A DNA stretch of 64,000 bases from Eledone cirrhosa (GCA_964016885.1 OZ024751.1:11284001-11348000); one strand, 5' to 3'. Shown: positions 15,151 through 28,362, counted from the stretch's first letter. A program made the numbers and translations. Notes: a model not told the origin generated them from the sequence alone.

Positions 15151-15235
15151 GTATGTATGTATGTGAATAGACCTTTTTTTCGTTTCTTCCACAGCGCAGC
15201 CTTCACTATCTTTTTATTTCTTCTTTAATCCGTCG

Positions 15236-15276
15236 TTCTTATTTCTGATGAAGGACTAGCATCCGAAACCTTAAGA
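15236..15276 (+). ncRNA. HHR-like motif, degenerate homologue of 37296
   Basis: CTGATGA-a-gga(ctagca)tcc-GAAAC-ctt-aaga; stems I and III are damaged. Confidence 0.5.
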
Positions 15277-15524
15277 CTCTTTTCGTACTATATGACGCGT
15301 AAAATTATAATATATACATAATTATTTAATATAGAAAAGGCTTTTAGAGGAGTTAGAACTGTTTCAAACGTATGATATCATCAGGAATGCCCATACATTA
15401 TGTTCATACTCTACTAATGTATTGATCATCTTATTTACTAGTTTAACTCGGGATGTCTCTTTCTCTCTTTGTTTCTCTCTATCTCTCTCTATATCTCTCT
15501 CTTACTCTCGCTCTCTCACTCTCA

Positions 15525-15557
<33 letters not shown>

Positions 15558-15561
15558 ACTA

Positions 15562-15600
<39 letters not shown>

Positions 15601-16474
15601 CTATCTTTATATACACATATATATATATATATATAAATATATATATAAATTTGTTCACATTTATTATTAATACTATTATACATATATATATATACACACA
15701 CATGTACGTCTATATGTGTGTGCGTGAATGTTTATGTGTATGTTCATTCATGTATGTGATCGTCTATGATTTTATTATTCACAACCTATCGGTTCCCAAA
15801 ACGGAAATGGTGAAATGAAACAAATTTCTGACGTTATAGTACTTTAAATCCATTAACACCACTGCCACAAAATATCAACTGTCCATTAAGTAACATATGT
15901 ACAATAATAACAAAGAAAATAAACAGATAGTACACACTTTACCCGACCACAGAAGGTTTAAATGTTAGCCTCTTATAGGCTCTACAGAACTATATGAGGT
16001 TTAAAGCTTAGCTACATATAACCTCTATACGACAGCAGGAAGATTAAATTTTAACAACATGCTGTAATAATATGCATTCTGGGTGTTCAACAGAAAAATA
16101 AATCGTCTTGCCCACCGGGTTAGGGGAGAGGATTAAAATTTATCAATGCATGCATTCTCTAGGTCCACGGCAGGATTAAAATTTAGCAAAGCATGCTGAT
16201 AAAGACACGCGCACACACACATTCATACTGACACGCCCACATACATAGACACTCGCGCATTTATATACACGTACTCACATACACACATGATATTTCTTAT
16301 TGCTGTAGGCGACATTAAGAGTCTCTGGAACCATATTTCGTAAGAGCTGTGAGCTAGGTTTACCTTATATTGTTTTACTTAACCATTTATATAAGGGGAA
16401 AAAAAACTTAAAAGGGGTGGGATAGTCAAGACTGTCAACGTGTTGATAAGAGATCTTGTTGTAAGCTGCTGTAG

Positions 16475-16910
16475 AAGCATGATCATCATCACAACTAAGA
16501 TCACCAACACCACCAACGTCATACACATTATCACCTTCATCATCATCATTATCATTGTCATCATGATCGTCATCATCATAATCGTTGTCATTGTCATCCT
16601 CATCACGAATACCACAAAGAAAAAGCAGCACAAATGCAACAAGAACATCTACGAGCATCATCATCAACATCATCCCTACAACCAACGCAAAACGCTAGAA
16701 CAGCAATATAATATTATCCTCACCGACAACATCATCTCCACCACAATCACTACCTGTGCCACCACTAACCCAAAAGGAACAATATTATTACCATAATCAC
16801 CAGAATCATCCCTCACCAGTATCAGCACCATTACCAACAGTCTGTCGTCACCATCATCATCACAATTGTCATCATTATCACCATTACCAGCATCATCAAT
16901 AACCACAGAA
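16475..16910. repeat. (CAT/CAC)n-rich low-complexity region
   Basis: Direct inspection. Confidence 0.85.
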
Positions 16911-17075
16911 CGCTCCACAAACTACGAACATTGGAGACATATCCCGATTGGCAATTCCGAATATGTCTACAGAATCTTGAATAATATATTCAGACAAGAA
17001 AATTAGATTCTCTTCAGTGAGACAGCGTCACCATTTTAAAATGTCAGTCTTCTTAGAGATGCCTATCTTATTAAT

Positions 17076-17140
<65 letters not shown>

Positions 17141-17144
<4 letters not shown>

Positions 17145-17340
17145 TTTCGGGGGTGTGTGCGACCCCCCAAGGCGCCTCCTCTCTATTGAGGATTTTGTTA
17201 TAAATTTTATTTTTTGTTATATCTTATTTTATTTTTATATTTTGTTATTGCCTCCTCCTTATTGAGGACGCCTTTTTGTGTAAACTCCCCCCTTTGTACT
17301 TGTCCCACTTTTGATGCCCTAGTGGCAAATAAAAGAAACA

Positions 17341-17342
<2 letters not shown>
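17141..17342 (+). mobile_element. Tx1-like LINE 3'UTR fragment embedded in (TATC)n
   Basis: Similar to 22990-23150 (ttcgggggt.tgtgc.accccc, tgtaaactcccc, gtggcaaataaa); (TATC)n on both sides. Confidence 0.85.
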
Positions 17343-17411
<69 letters not shown>

Positions 17412-17419
17412 TATCTATA

Positions 17420-17450
<31 letters not shown>

Positions 17451-17651
17451 GATAGAGTAAGACACGCTTCGCATCGGCTCCGCTATTCCATCGGGATTTA
17501 CCCTTACTATTGTAAGTACCGGATAAATTTTTTAGTGCAACACATTTGGAACACTAACCCCTGTTATTTAGGGAAACATTTTTGCATTTACCCCCTTTTT
17601 AGGGGGTAAAATAAATATCTATTTTTGCCGAAAAATTTCTTTCTTGGCAGC

Positions 17652-19490
17652 ATGGCGGAAAAGATGGCAGACATGTCTGCCATTAGCTCTGCCACGCCCC
17701 CCAAGTCTGAAGAACAAAAAATAATTACAACAAAATTAGACATTGAAACAAACAAACAAAATGAAAAAACAAATGTTAAGGAAAATGAGCAAACAGAAAA
17801 CAAACAAACAGAAAATAATACAAATAACGACAGGGCAACTTTCGCCCAGAAAACAAAACAATCCATTACATACACACCAATTGACCTAACTGCCGCCAGA
17901 GAAAAACTGGCCGAAGCAAAGAAACACATTGTTTTGGGGGAGAACGGAATGTTTTCCATTAACTCCCCCCCCCCAGAATTCAAGAAAGCCAGAGCAGAAA
18001 ACACAGTTCTATACAGAACTATACTGAACCAGACAAGAAAGCCAGCACAGCCCAGCCAAATGGAAATAGAGTTAGTCCTAAAAGACTATATGAAGAATAT
18101 TCTCTTCATACGAAAGGACCGACTCTATGGCAGCATTTCGGTCCTAACAAGAGACAAAGAAACGGCGGAGAAGCTTTCCCTAAGCCCACTCTCGTCGACA
18201 ACATATAGCTTCTATCCCTCCTACATGGGTAGAAGAACACAGAGAGTAAAAGTAAAAACAATGCTGCCCACAATGGACTTCTGGTGGGCTATTGCTGGCT
18301 TCATTGATATGGGCGAAGACACTATGCTGTCAATGGGGAAGGCAACTGGAGATGCATTCCTGGGAATGGGCCTCGACATACTAGTCCAAATGAGGCCCGA
18401 AAGAATAGCACAAATCCCGGATCGCATCTGGCTGGATGACCTTACCCCAATAGACATAATTGTAGAGGGGAGAAGACCAGCATGCTATTTATGCATGGAA
18501 AGGGGACACGTTAAGGCTAACTGCCCGAAACGTATCCCCCAAAAAGGACTATTGCCCACACCCACCACAAACAGTACACCAGCACCACCCACCTCCAAAA
18601 ATACACTAATACCACACACAGCAAACAAAATACAGACACCACCAACCACAAACACAACACAAACATCACCACCACCAGCACCAAACACAAGCACGACACA
18701 AAACTCACCACCACCAACCACAACACAAACATCACCACCACCATCACCAACCACAAGCACGACACAAACATTACCACCACCACCACCACAAAACCCATTC
18801 CAAACAAATAATAAAAAAAACAGTAACAAATCTACCCCTCCCGCAAAAAAAAAACAACCACACAACACGTCCCTCCCACCTAGCGCTGAAGAGTTTCCCC
18901 CAACTTCTGAAGAAGAAGGAGGAGAAGCCTTCAGACAAGTTAAAAGAAAAAAAAGAAAACACACACCCAGCACACCACAAATAACCCACACACAAACACC
19001 AACTCCAATCAAAAACACCCCACCCTCAACAAACAAAAATAAATCTGCGCCTCCCCTCTCCGAAACATTGACAGCATCACAAAAAAAGACGTTGCAATAC
19101 ACATATATAAATAAAGAAAACAAAAAACTGGTTAAATTAATAAACAATAACCCTATGGTGCAGACCGAAGGGCCAAACTTTATCTCAACAGAGAACTTCA
19201 CCCATTTAAAAATGATAAAGGTCCCTCTGGACCTTTATCGTTCCTTAAAAGAACAATTTAGACGGGACGTGAGACCCCCCTGTTTAAAACCGTTGAATCG
19301 TGTCCTCTTGAAAGATTTCCCCATAACCGCCCCTCTCCCTGACACAACTCCAAATACCCCAACCCCACCACACACGTGTACCCCCACACCACCACAAAAC
19401 ATCCCTCCACCCAACACACCTGATGCCATGGAAATTACGCAACCCGGAGAGGTAAGTGCTTTTCTTTCTTCACTTTCAACACCAAAATAG
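17652..19490 (+). CDS. LINE ORF1 nucleic-acid-binding protein with zinc knuckle
   Basis: Open frame from ATG 17652; CX2CX4HX4C knuckle (CYLCMERGHVKANC) after EGRRPA; Pro/Thr-rich tail and basic VKRKKRKH motif. Confidence 0.88.
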   Translation: MAEKMADMSAISSATPPKSEEQKIITTKLDIETNKQNEKTNVKENEQTENKQTENNTNNDRATFAQKTKQSITYTPIDLTAAREKLAEAKKHIVLGENGMFSINSPPPEFKKARAENTVLYRTILNQTRKPAQPSQMEIELVLKDYMKNILFIRKDRLYGSISVLTRDKETAEKLSLSPLSSTTYSFYPSYMGRRTQRVKVKTMLPTMDFWWAIAGFIDMGEDTMLSMGKATGDAFLGMGLDILVQMRPERIAQIPDRIWLDDLTPIDIIVEGRRPACYLCMERGHVKANCPKRIPQKGLLPTPTTNSTPAPPTSKNTLIPHTANKIQTPPTTNTTQTSPPPAPNTSTTQNSPPPTTTQTSPPPSPTTSTTQTLPPPPPQNPFQTNNKKNSNKSTPPAKKKQPHNTSLPPSAEEFPPTSEEEGGEAFRQVKRKKRKHTPSTPQITHTQTPTPIKNTPPSTNKNKSAPPLSETLTASQKKTLQYTYINKENKKLVKLINNNPMVQTEGPNFISTENFTHLKMIKVPLDLYRSLKEQFRRDVRPPCLKPLNRVLLKDFPITAPLPDTTPNTPTPPHTCTPTPPQNIPPPNTPDAMEITQPGEVSAFLSSLSTPK

Positions 19491-19495
19491 ATCAA

Positions 19496-22400
19496 TTGAG
19501 AGTTGGCTGTTTGAACGCGCGTGGCCTGGGCTCAGCTTGGAAGCAAGCAAAGCTTCTAAGTGACCTCAGGTCACAAAGTATAGATGTGATGGTTGTTTGC
19601 GAGAGTCGGATCAGCAGCGTGAGACAGCTGGCGCCCGCCTTCAATGACTTTGAGATGCACGCATCTCTCTGTCAACCCGGAGGCGGGGGGGGAGTTGCCG
19701 TACTGCTGGATAAACGTCTGACTCTCGACGTACAGATTGTTCACTCGGACCCGGGGGGTCGATTACTGGTGCTGGACGTCGGAGGCGGTGAAGGCGGGGC
19801 TTTCAGACTGGTCGGTCTTTATGCTCCCTTCGGGGCGGAAAGAGCCGACTTCTTCCAGCGTCTGGAGACTTTTCTAGGAACGTCGCGTTCCCTGCTTTTA
19901 GTGGGGGACTGGAATGGAATCCTAGATGCGCGTTGGGACTATGCAGGGGCATGTCCCGATAGAGGGGGGTGTAGCAGCCTCAAGGGGTTACTCGATCGAT
20001 TCGACCTGGTCGATAGATTTCGACTAGATTGTCCAACTGCGCCAACCTGGACCTGGGCAAACCGCAGTGGACAATCTAGATCGTACCTAGATAGGTTTTT
20101 GGTTAGGAGTAAGGATAGGGACGTATTTAGTTGTCCAGAACTGATCATGGTTGGCTATTCAGATCACAAATTAGTGACCTGCGTGGTCAACCTTGATAGA
20201 ACGCATAGACAGGGTCCCGGTTACTGGAAGATGAACTTGTCCTTACCGACAAAGAAAGATTACAGAAACCGGATTAGTAGCTTAGTTAAGATGCGGTTGA
20301 CGGGAGCGATCGTCAACAGTAGGTGGTGGATATCTCTAAAGAGAGAGATTAGAGTAAGTTCGATAGGTTACAGTAAGGAACTAGCGGCGAATAGAAATAG
20401 GAGGGAAAGGGAGTTAACAGATAAACTAGAAGAGGCGATTAGGAGCGGAGACGTAGCCAGAGTGTTAGCGACGAGAACGGCATTGAGCCAGTTCTTTGAC
20501 GCGAAGCACGAAGGCTGCGTTGTCCGAAGTAAAATACGTGCTTTAGGAAACGAGGTGACCAAAGCTGTTAGCTGGGCCCGCGTGACAGAAGCCAAGAGTG
20601 GGATTAAATCCACCATTCGGTCTTTGCGAGACCAGGATGGACGGGTGATCCTTGAACCTGAGCGAATGTGCGAGACCTTTCAAAGGCACTTTGCTCGACT
20701 GTTCGGAGGTGGCGGGGGGCCGGACGGGGATGTGGACTTCCGTCCATACCTCGACGGTCTACCGCGTCTTTCGAGCGGCGAAGCGGAGTGCTGCGAAAGG
20801 CCAATCACAGCCACTGAAATCGGGGAAGCGCTCAGCCAATGCAGCAGACGCAAATCCCCGGGTCTCGATGGTCTACCATACGAACTTTATTTAGCTATGC
20901 CGGTCTTGTTCTCCGAACTCCTCGAGGCTGTCTATTGCAACTGGCAACAGAACGGGCGAATTCCCTGTTCTGTGACCAAGGGCGTGGTCACGCTAGTGAG
21001 GAAGGACGAGAGCAAGGGGGACGACTTAAGTAACTTTAGGCCCATAACTCTGCTGAATGCAGAGTTACAGATTTTGGCCAAGGTGTTGGCGAAGAGGTTG
21101 GCGCCTGTGGTGGGTGGTTTGGTGGGAGACGCGCAGACATGCGCTATCCCGTCCAGGTCCATTCACGACAACCTCCACCTCATGCGATACATCATAGAGA
21201 GGGTTGGCTACGAACCCGGCTTTGGTGGGGCCCTGATCAACTTGGATCAATCTAAGGCGTTCGATAGGGTCGACCATGGTTACCTGGATGCGGTGCTAGC
21301 GGCGGCGGGCTTCGGACCCGTTTTCAGGGGCTGGATTTCTGCCATGCACAGTGGCATCATCTACTCTAGGATTAAAGTAAACGGCTACCTCTCGGAGCCG
21401 TTTCAAATCACCCGATCCATCAGACAGGGGTGCCCCCTCTCCTCCCTTCTGTACGTATTGACTCTCGAGCCACTGCTGCGGAAGTTGGAGTTGCTGCGGG
21501 GCATACCCCTGGAACCGGGATTGCACAAAGCGGTCTCGGCCTATGCCGACGACGTAACAGTAATGGTGGCGGACGCCTCGGAAATCGGGGCGATCGCCAC
21601 CCTACTGGAGGAATACGAAAGGCTGACGGGGGCTAAGCTGAACCAGGACAAGTCAGTCGGTTTGCAACTCGGAACGTGGAGGGGCAAACCGATGCCGTTA
21701 GACGGTGTCGTCGGGCGGTCGACGGAGGGCCCGGTGAAGCTGCTCGGGGTCTGGGTCGGACCGGACCTCCAGGTGGAGAAGAATTGGGGCGAGGTGACGA
21801 GCAGGGTGTTTGCGCTGACCCAGAAGTGGGCCAAGTGCAAACTATCACTGAAAGGTCGGGCGGAGGTGACGAACGCTTACATAGCGTCCGTCATCTACTA
21901 CCGCCTGACCGTCGTGCCTTGCCCCAAGGAAAAGCTCACCATCATGGAACGCATGCTCTTCCAGTTCCTCTGGAAGAAGCGGCCTCCCATGGTGAGGAGA
22001 TCCATCTGCTGCCAGCACCCTTCGAAAGGAGGGCTGGGTATGCCGTGGCTGTTGATGCGTAGGCACGCATTGAGGCTACGGCATCTACAGGTATTCCTCA
22101 ACGGTCAGCCGGTGTGGGCCCCGTTTGTGAGGCGAGCCTTCCCACAGCTCGTCTCGCTCACCGAACTGCAATCCTGGGTGAAGCAAAGACCGAGAAAACT
22201 GGGCAACTGGCACACCGAGTGTGCCCAGGCGCTCACGGCTATTTGGCAAGCGGACCCGACTGTCAATGGAGAATCCACCTCGACATTCTATAGAGGGTTG
22301 GTGGCTAGCAGGGGCGACGACACCCTTGGAGAGTCGCTAGGCACGGAGGAGGACGAACTGGCCAGCCTGTTCGGTAGAACTTTCGGCCCGGGACCCATGG

Positions 22401-22924
22401 ACAACTTCCAGAGGTCCCTAGCCTGGCAGTGTTACCGGGGGGCTCTGCCCGTTCGAGAAAAGCTCTACAGACACGGGCGCCCGGGCAGGGATCCCGCGAA
22501 AAAGATCTGTCCCAGATGCGTGCGCGACGAGGAAACCGTTGCGCATGCACTGGTACACTGCCCGGGCGTTGCCGATCTGTGGGGCTACGTCGAACGACTG
22601 CTGTCGCGTGTGGAGCCGATTCGATTAACCGCCGAGTCTGTGGTGAACATCAAGCCGCCTCCTCCCTTCAGAAATGAAGCAGAGGCGGTCTTTCTGTGCG
22701 TAATAGCCATGATGAAAGAGGTTGTGTGGTGGACGCGCCTGAAAGGTCTGAGGTCGGGTGACTTTCTCTCCGGCCATCACCTGGTTTACTTCTTCCGATA
22801 CCACTTCGGAAGAAGAATCAGGATGGAGAGAGAAGTGCTTGGTCCCAGACAGTTTTATGAAAGGTGGGTGAAAGAAGCGAGAATGGCCCGTGTAAATGGG
22901 CCTTCTCTCTACATTGTTCTGTAG
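19496..22924 (+). CDS. LINE ORF2: APE endonuclease, reverse transcriptase and C-terminal zinc finger (no AUG at the expected start)
   Basis: APE motifs NARGL, GGVAVL, YAP, GDWN, LDRFLV, SDH; RT motifs KSPGLDG, FRPITLLN, LDQSKAFDRVDH, RQGCPLS, YADD; CPRC-X8-H-X4-C; uninterrupted 1142 codons. Confidence 0.97.
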   Translation: MRVGCLNARGLGSAWKQAKLLSDLRSQSIDVMVVCESRISSVRQLAPAFNDFEMHASLCQPGGGGGVAVLLDKRLTLDVQIVHSDPGGRLLVLDVGGGEGGAFRLVGLYAPFGAERADFFQRLETFLGTSRSLLLVGDWNGILDARWDYAGACPDRGGCSSLKGLLDRFDLVDRFRLDCPTAPTWTWANRSGQSRSYLDRFLVRSKDRDVFSCPELIMVGYSDHKLVTCVVNLDRTHRQGPGYWKMNLSLPTKKDYRNRISSLVKMRLTGAIVNSRWWISLKREIRVSSIGYSKELAANRNRRERELTDKLEEAIRSGDVARVLATRTALSQFFDAKHEGCVVRSKIRALGNEVTKAVSWARVTEAKSGIKSTIRSLRDQDGRVILEPERMCETFQRHFARLFGGGGGPDGDVDFRPYLDGLPRLSSGEAECCERPITATEIGEALSQCSRRKSPGLDGLPYELYLAMPVLFSELLEAVYCNWQQNGRIPCSVTKGVVTLVRKDESKGDDLSNFRPITLLNAELQILAKVLAKRLAPVVGGLVGDAQTCAIPSRSIHDNLHLMRYIIERVGYEPGFGGALINLDQSKAFDRVDHGYLDAVLAAAGFGPVFRGWISAMHSGIIYSRIKVNGYLSEPFQITRSIRQGCPLSSLLYVLTLEPLLRKLELLRGIPLEPGLHKAVSAYADDVTVMVADASEIGAIATLLEEYERLTGAKLNQDKSVGLQLGTWRGKPMPLDGVVGRSTEGPVKLLGVWVGPDLQVEKNWGEVTSRVFALTQKWAKCKLSLKGRAEVTNAYIASVIYYRLTVVPCPKEKLTIMERMLFQFLWKKRPPMVRRSICCQHPSKGGLGMPWLLMRRHALRLRHLQVFLNGQPVWAPFVRRAFPQLVSLTELQSWVKQRPRKLGNWHTECAQALTAIWQADPTVNGESTSTFYRGLVASRGDDTLGESLGTEEDELASLFGRTFGPGPMDNFQRSLAWQCYRGALPVREKLYRHGRPGRDPAKKICPRCVRDEETVAHALVHCPGVADLWGYVERLLSRVEPIRLTAESVVNIKPPPPFRNEAEAVFLCVIAMMKEVVWWTRLKGLRSGDFLSGHHLVYFFRYHFGRRIRMEREVLGPRQFYERWVKEARMARVNGPSLYIVL

Positions 22925-23348
22925 GTGAAGAAGTGAAGAGGAAAGGGGGAGCGCCTCCTCTCTGGGCTTCCCCCGCGAAAAGAGTTGCACACTTTTCGGG
23001 GGTATGTGCAATCCCCAACACGCCCCCTCCCTTTTGAGGACTTTTATTGTTATATTATTATTGTTATTCCTTTTTTCTTTACTCGATTTATGTAAACTCC
23101 CCCACTGTGTAAATGTCCCCTTCTTTTGTGCCCTCGTGGCAAATAAATAGACATTTATCTATCTATCTATCTGTCTCTCTGTCTGCCTTCTGCCTGTCTG
23201 TCTCTTTCACTCTCTCTAACTCTTTCTCTCTCTTGATCTATATCTATCTATTTATATATATATAAATAATCAGAAATATATGGAGGAGCTGAAGACTTCA
23301 AATATATTATATCACCCTACCTTATCTATTCTTACGATATATGTATCT

Positions 23349-23433
<85 letters not shown>

Positions 23434-23434
23434 G

Positions 23435-23470
<36 letters not shown>

Positions 23471-23571
23471 TATATATATGATTGTCTGTCTGTCTGTTTG
23501 TCTATCTCTGGTTATCGTTCTATATATGTATCTGTTTAGACATACATACATACGCACACACAGACGCATAT

Positions 23572-23640
<69 letters not shown>

Positions 23641-23948
23641 CATACACACATTTATGTGTGTGTGAGTGAGTGTAGGTGATATGAGAGAAATAGATATATA
23701 AGAAGGTTGTGATATAAGTATGAATACAGATAGATAGTATTTCTATATATATCTGTAAATGTGGGAATCCCAAATGCAAAACATAGCTGTAACATCAGTC
23801 GATTGCTATAAAATGTACTTTTGAAGTCCGGGTAAAATACCTCTGAAGAGGGACAAGTGTGACCAGTAAACGCTACTGAGAAACGAACAACGGGCTACTT
23901 TTGTGGTCTTCGACGATATTTTAGGTGATATTCTGAGCTAATATATAT

Positions 23949-24134
23949 AATTGTTTCTACTTTTGGCACAAGGGCAGCAATTATCCCAGTGCATTACTGG
24001 TACTTTATTTTATCGCCCCCGTAAGGATGAAAGGCAAAGTTAACCTCGGCGGGATTTGAACTCAGAACATAATGGGAGGTAACTCTATGCTTCAAAGCAT
24101 GGGGCCCGACCCTTTACCGATACTGCCAATCCAC
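23949..24134 (-). mobile_element. tRNA-derived SINE
   Basis: Full-length copy of the 6442 family. Confidence 0.9.
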
Positions 24135-24335
24135 ATATAATGATCGACTGTCATTTTCAAATTTCACACCTGCGCCTCGATATATATATATGATGAAATG
24201 ACAGTAAATAATAACATTGAAATATTGAATGTCTGCATAACTAAAAGTTTGTAGATAGCTGTTTTAGGTTATGTAACTGTTATAGAAACACGTGTCAATA
24301 AATTCCTTTCAACTAAACTGTATCCATTCAAATCT

Positions 24336-24514
<179 letters not shown>

Positions 24515-24613
24515 TACGCTGAGTCATTGAAACGGCATGGGGCCAGATGTTGATCACTAATATTTCACTATTGAGAATTTTCTTAATTTATACTCTGTTT
24601 CTCTCTCTCTCTC

Positions 24614-24661
<48 letters not shown>

Positions 24662-24824
24662 GAGAGAGAGAGATATATACACACACAAATCACACATAGA
24701 GTGTTGGGGTTGAGCACATACTAAAATGTGTCTACGGTATTTTAAATAACATATTCACACAAGAAACTTATTTTTACTACAATCACGCTTCTTCAACATT
24801 TCGCATTTCTATCTATCTATCTAT

Positions 24825-25692
24825 CTATAGGGTTGGTCCGCAGCAAGTGCGACGACACGCTCGGAGAAACTCTAGCCGTAGAGGAGGACGAACTGGCCAG
24901 TCTATTCGGTAGGATACCTTCCGCCCGGGACCATTGGACAACTTCCAAAAGTCCCTGACCTGGCAGTGCTACCGAGGAGCTCTACCAGTTCGATACAAGC
25001 TCTACAGACACGGGCGCCCGGGTAGGGACCCTTCGAAAAAGATCTGTCCGAGATGCGTGCGCGACGAGAAAACCGTCGCGCACGCATTTGTACACTGCCC
25101 GAGTGTTACCGACCTGTGGGCTGTGTAGAACGACTATTGTCGCGGGTGGGACCAATCTAGTTGACCACCGAGTCTATTGTCATGATCAAACCGCCACTCT
25201 CCTTCAAAAACAAGGGAGAGGCGGTTTTCCTATGTGTTATGGCTATGGTGAAAGAGGTCATATGGTGGACGAGGTTAAAAGGGCTGAGGTCAGACACCTT
25301 TCCCTCCGGCGAGCAACTGATTCGTTTTTTCAAATATCATTTTGGAAGAAGAATCAGGATGAAGAGAGAGGTGCTGTACCCCAGCAAATTTTATAAAAGG
25401 TGGGTGAATGTGGCAAAGATGGCCCGAGTCGTTGGGCCTTCTGTCTATATAAGCCTGTAGGCTGAGGAAAAAAAGGAAGAGAAGAAGGGAGTACTCATTA
25501 TTGGTGCTCCCGGAGATGAGGGTTGTACATTTGTTCGGGGTGTGTACAACCCCTGTGTAACGCCTCCCCCCTATTGGGAATTTCAATTGTTATTTGTTAT
25601 TTTATGAATAGTTTATTTTCATATACCTGTATGTAAACTCCCCATTTGTATTTGTCCACTTCTTTTGTGCCCTTGTGGCTAATAAAGAAATT
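24825..25692 (+). mobile_element. 5'-truncated Tx1-like LINE fragment in (TATC)n
   Basis: Matches 22290-23150 with stops and frameshifts; (CTAT)n at 24809-24828 and tatctatc after 25692. Confidence 0.93.
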
Positions 25693-26374
25693 TATCTATC
25701 TATATATCTATTATTCAATCTATCTATCTATCTAATTATCTACATATGTATGAACCACTAGCTACACGCGCATACATACATATCCTATCTATTCATGCAT
25801 ACATAGATTCACACATAAATGGATACACACACACACACACAAGCTTACATTCATACAAACACACAATTACACACACGCATATATATACATATCGATCCAT
25901 CTCATTAACTAAGAATCTATTTAGCAATCTGCACAGCAGGCTAACTAGCAATCTTGGTCGACAGCTAACCCACAGACGCATATGTCAGGACAATGTAATT
26001 TCTTCATTAGCTACTTGCTTCAAAATGGCGGATTTTATTTTATTTTTTCCTTGTTGTTGCTTTTCGAATTCCAAGTAGTATTTTTAATGAGGAAGTTTGT
26101 ACTGATGATGGCATAAGTTCGATCTTTATCATACTCCCTTCAAAATATGTCAATTAATGCAAACTCTATTAACGAAACGTGTAACGTGCAATTTGTTTAT
26201 GGTGTACGTCATGACAAAATGTAACATATAAAAAAAAATGAAATCGTTTAAACGGTTTCATCGATAACGAAGGCCGGTTGATTAGGCATACATACATGTA
26301 TACATGCATCCACACATACATGCAGAAATATACATGCGTACATAAATACACATACGTACATAAATATACACGCA

Positions 26375-26408
<34 letters not shown>

Positions 26409-26574
26409 GAACATTTAAATAGTTTTATGTATATATTGATGCGCACAGCATTCAATTGAAATGTATGTACACGTATATGAATATATATATGTATTAATGT
26501 ATGTATGTATGCAAATGTAAAATATATATATATATATATATGTATAGATATGTATATATATATATATATGTATA

Positions 26575-26639
<65 letters not shown>

Positions 26640-26740
26640 GTATATATATATATATGTATATATATGTATATATGTATATATATATGTATATATGTATATA
26701 TATATATATGTATATATGTATATATGTATATATGTATGTA

Positions 26741-26821
<81 letters not shown>

Positions 26822-27074
26822 GTGTATATATATATATATGTATATATATGTATGTATATATATATATGTATGTATATATATATATATGTATGTATATATA
26901 TATATATATGTATATGTATATATATGTATATATATATGTATATGTATATATATGTATATATATATGTATATGTATATATATATATGTATATATATATATA
27001 TGTGTGTATATACATATATATGTATATATATATATATATATATATACGTATATATATGTATATATATACGTATA

Positions 27075-27105
<31 letters not shown>

Positions 27106-27270
27106 GTACATATATATATATATATATAATGTGTGTGTGATATATATATACATATGTATATATGTGTATATATTTATATGTGTGTGTATATATATATATG
27201 TGTGTGTATGTATATATATATATGTGTATATATATATACATATATGTATATATATATGTGTATATATATA

Positions 27271-27331
<61 letters not shown>

Positions 27332-27344
27332 ATATATATATATA

Positions 27345-27410
<66 letters not shown>

Positions 27411-27490
27411 TGTATATATATATATATGTGTATATATATATGTGTATATATTAATGTGTATACATATATATAGGTATATATATATGTATT

Positions 27491-27555
<65 letters not shown>

Positions 27556-27614
27556 ATTTATATGTATAAACAGATATATATAGACACAGACATACATATA
27601 TATATATATATATA

Positions 27615-27889
27615 TATAAACGTTAGAATATGTGTAATAAGGCCAAGACAATGTAGATATGGACATAGAAAAAAGAATGCAATAGTGAGAGATATTGATG
27701 AGAATAGATATTATCTCGAAAATTAAGGACATTTAAATAAATTCAAGGTGAAAGACGAATTCTCATCAATATCTCTCACTATTTCATTCTTTTTTCTATG
27801 TCCATATCTGCATTGTCTTGGCCTTATTACACATATTCTAACGTTTATACCTCATTACACAATGCTTCAAGTGAACTATAACCTCCCCC

Positions 27890-27890
<1 letters not shown>
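27615..27890. mobile_element. Inverted-repeat insertion between (TA)n tracts with ~40-nt tail
   Basis: ~90-bp IR 27615-27705/27759-27849. Confidence 0.65.
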
Positions 27891-27920
<30 letters not shown>

Positions 27921-27984
27921 TGTCCCAAGACTCTGATACCATCAAAACTATAAACACAGAGTTGGCATATCTAAGAACTGACTA

Positions 27985-28040
27985 ACTGCCTGATGAGGTC
28001 ATAGCCATTCAATGGCTATCATCGAAATATATATAGCAGT
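27985..28040 (+). ncRNA. Type I hammerhead ribozyme
   Basis: actgc-CTGATGA-ggt.c.atagccat(tca)atggctat.c.atc-GAAA-tatata-TA^gcagt; all three stems pair. Confidence 0.85.
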
Positions 28041-28184
28041 AAATAAAAGATTATGAGTTCATGAGTTTATGTTTCGTCACTATATATCTATATATATATA
28101 TATATATAAGTATATGTATATATATATGTGTGTAAATATATATATGTTTATACATATATATAGGTATATACATATATATAGGTA

Positions 28185-28277
<93 letters not shown>

Positions 28278-28290
28278 TTGTATATATATG

Positions 28291-28362
<72 letters not shown>

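Larger units (their letters stand above)
17450..23155 (+). mobile_element. Apparently full-length L1-clade (Tx1-like) non-LTR retrotransposon, ~5.7 kb, in (TATC)n
   Basis: 5'UTR, ORF1, ORF2 and 3'UTR with AATAAA; (TATC)n at 17342-17449 and 23156-23172. Confidence 0.95.

Noticed and set aside
19452-19490. GAG|GTAAGT donor plus pyrimidine tract and AG at the ORF1/ORF2 junction
   Set aside because: Removing it (39 nt), or using the next two AGs, does not fuse ORF1 to ORF2 in frame.
23838-23926. Further partial HHR-like cores (also 15355-15390 minus, 26102, 43660-43700 minus, 46291-46330 minus)
   Set aside because: Missing GAAA, CUGANGA or stem I; possibly decayed copies but not supportable individually.
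26282-27726. Numerous [12 protein letters not shown] ORFs here and across the window
   Set aside because: Translations of TA, CA and TATG microsatellites.
27696-27730. TTGATGA..GAAA in the left arm of the 27615 inverted repeat
   Set aside because: No stem I pairing. It points inward, so it would be an exception to the polarity rule if real.
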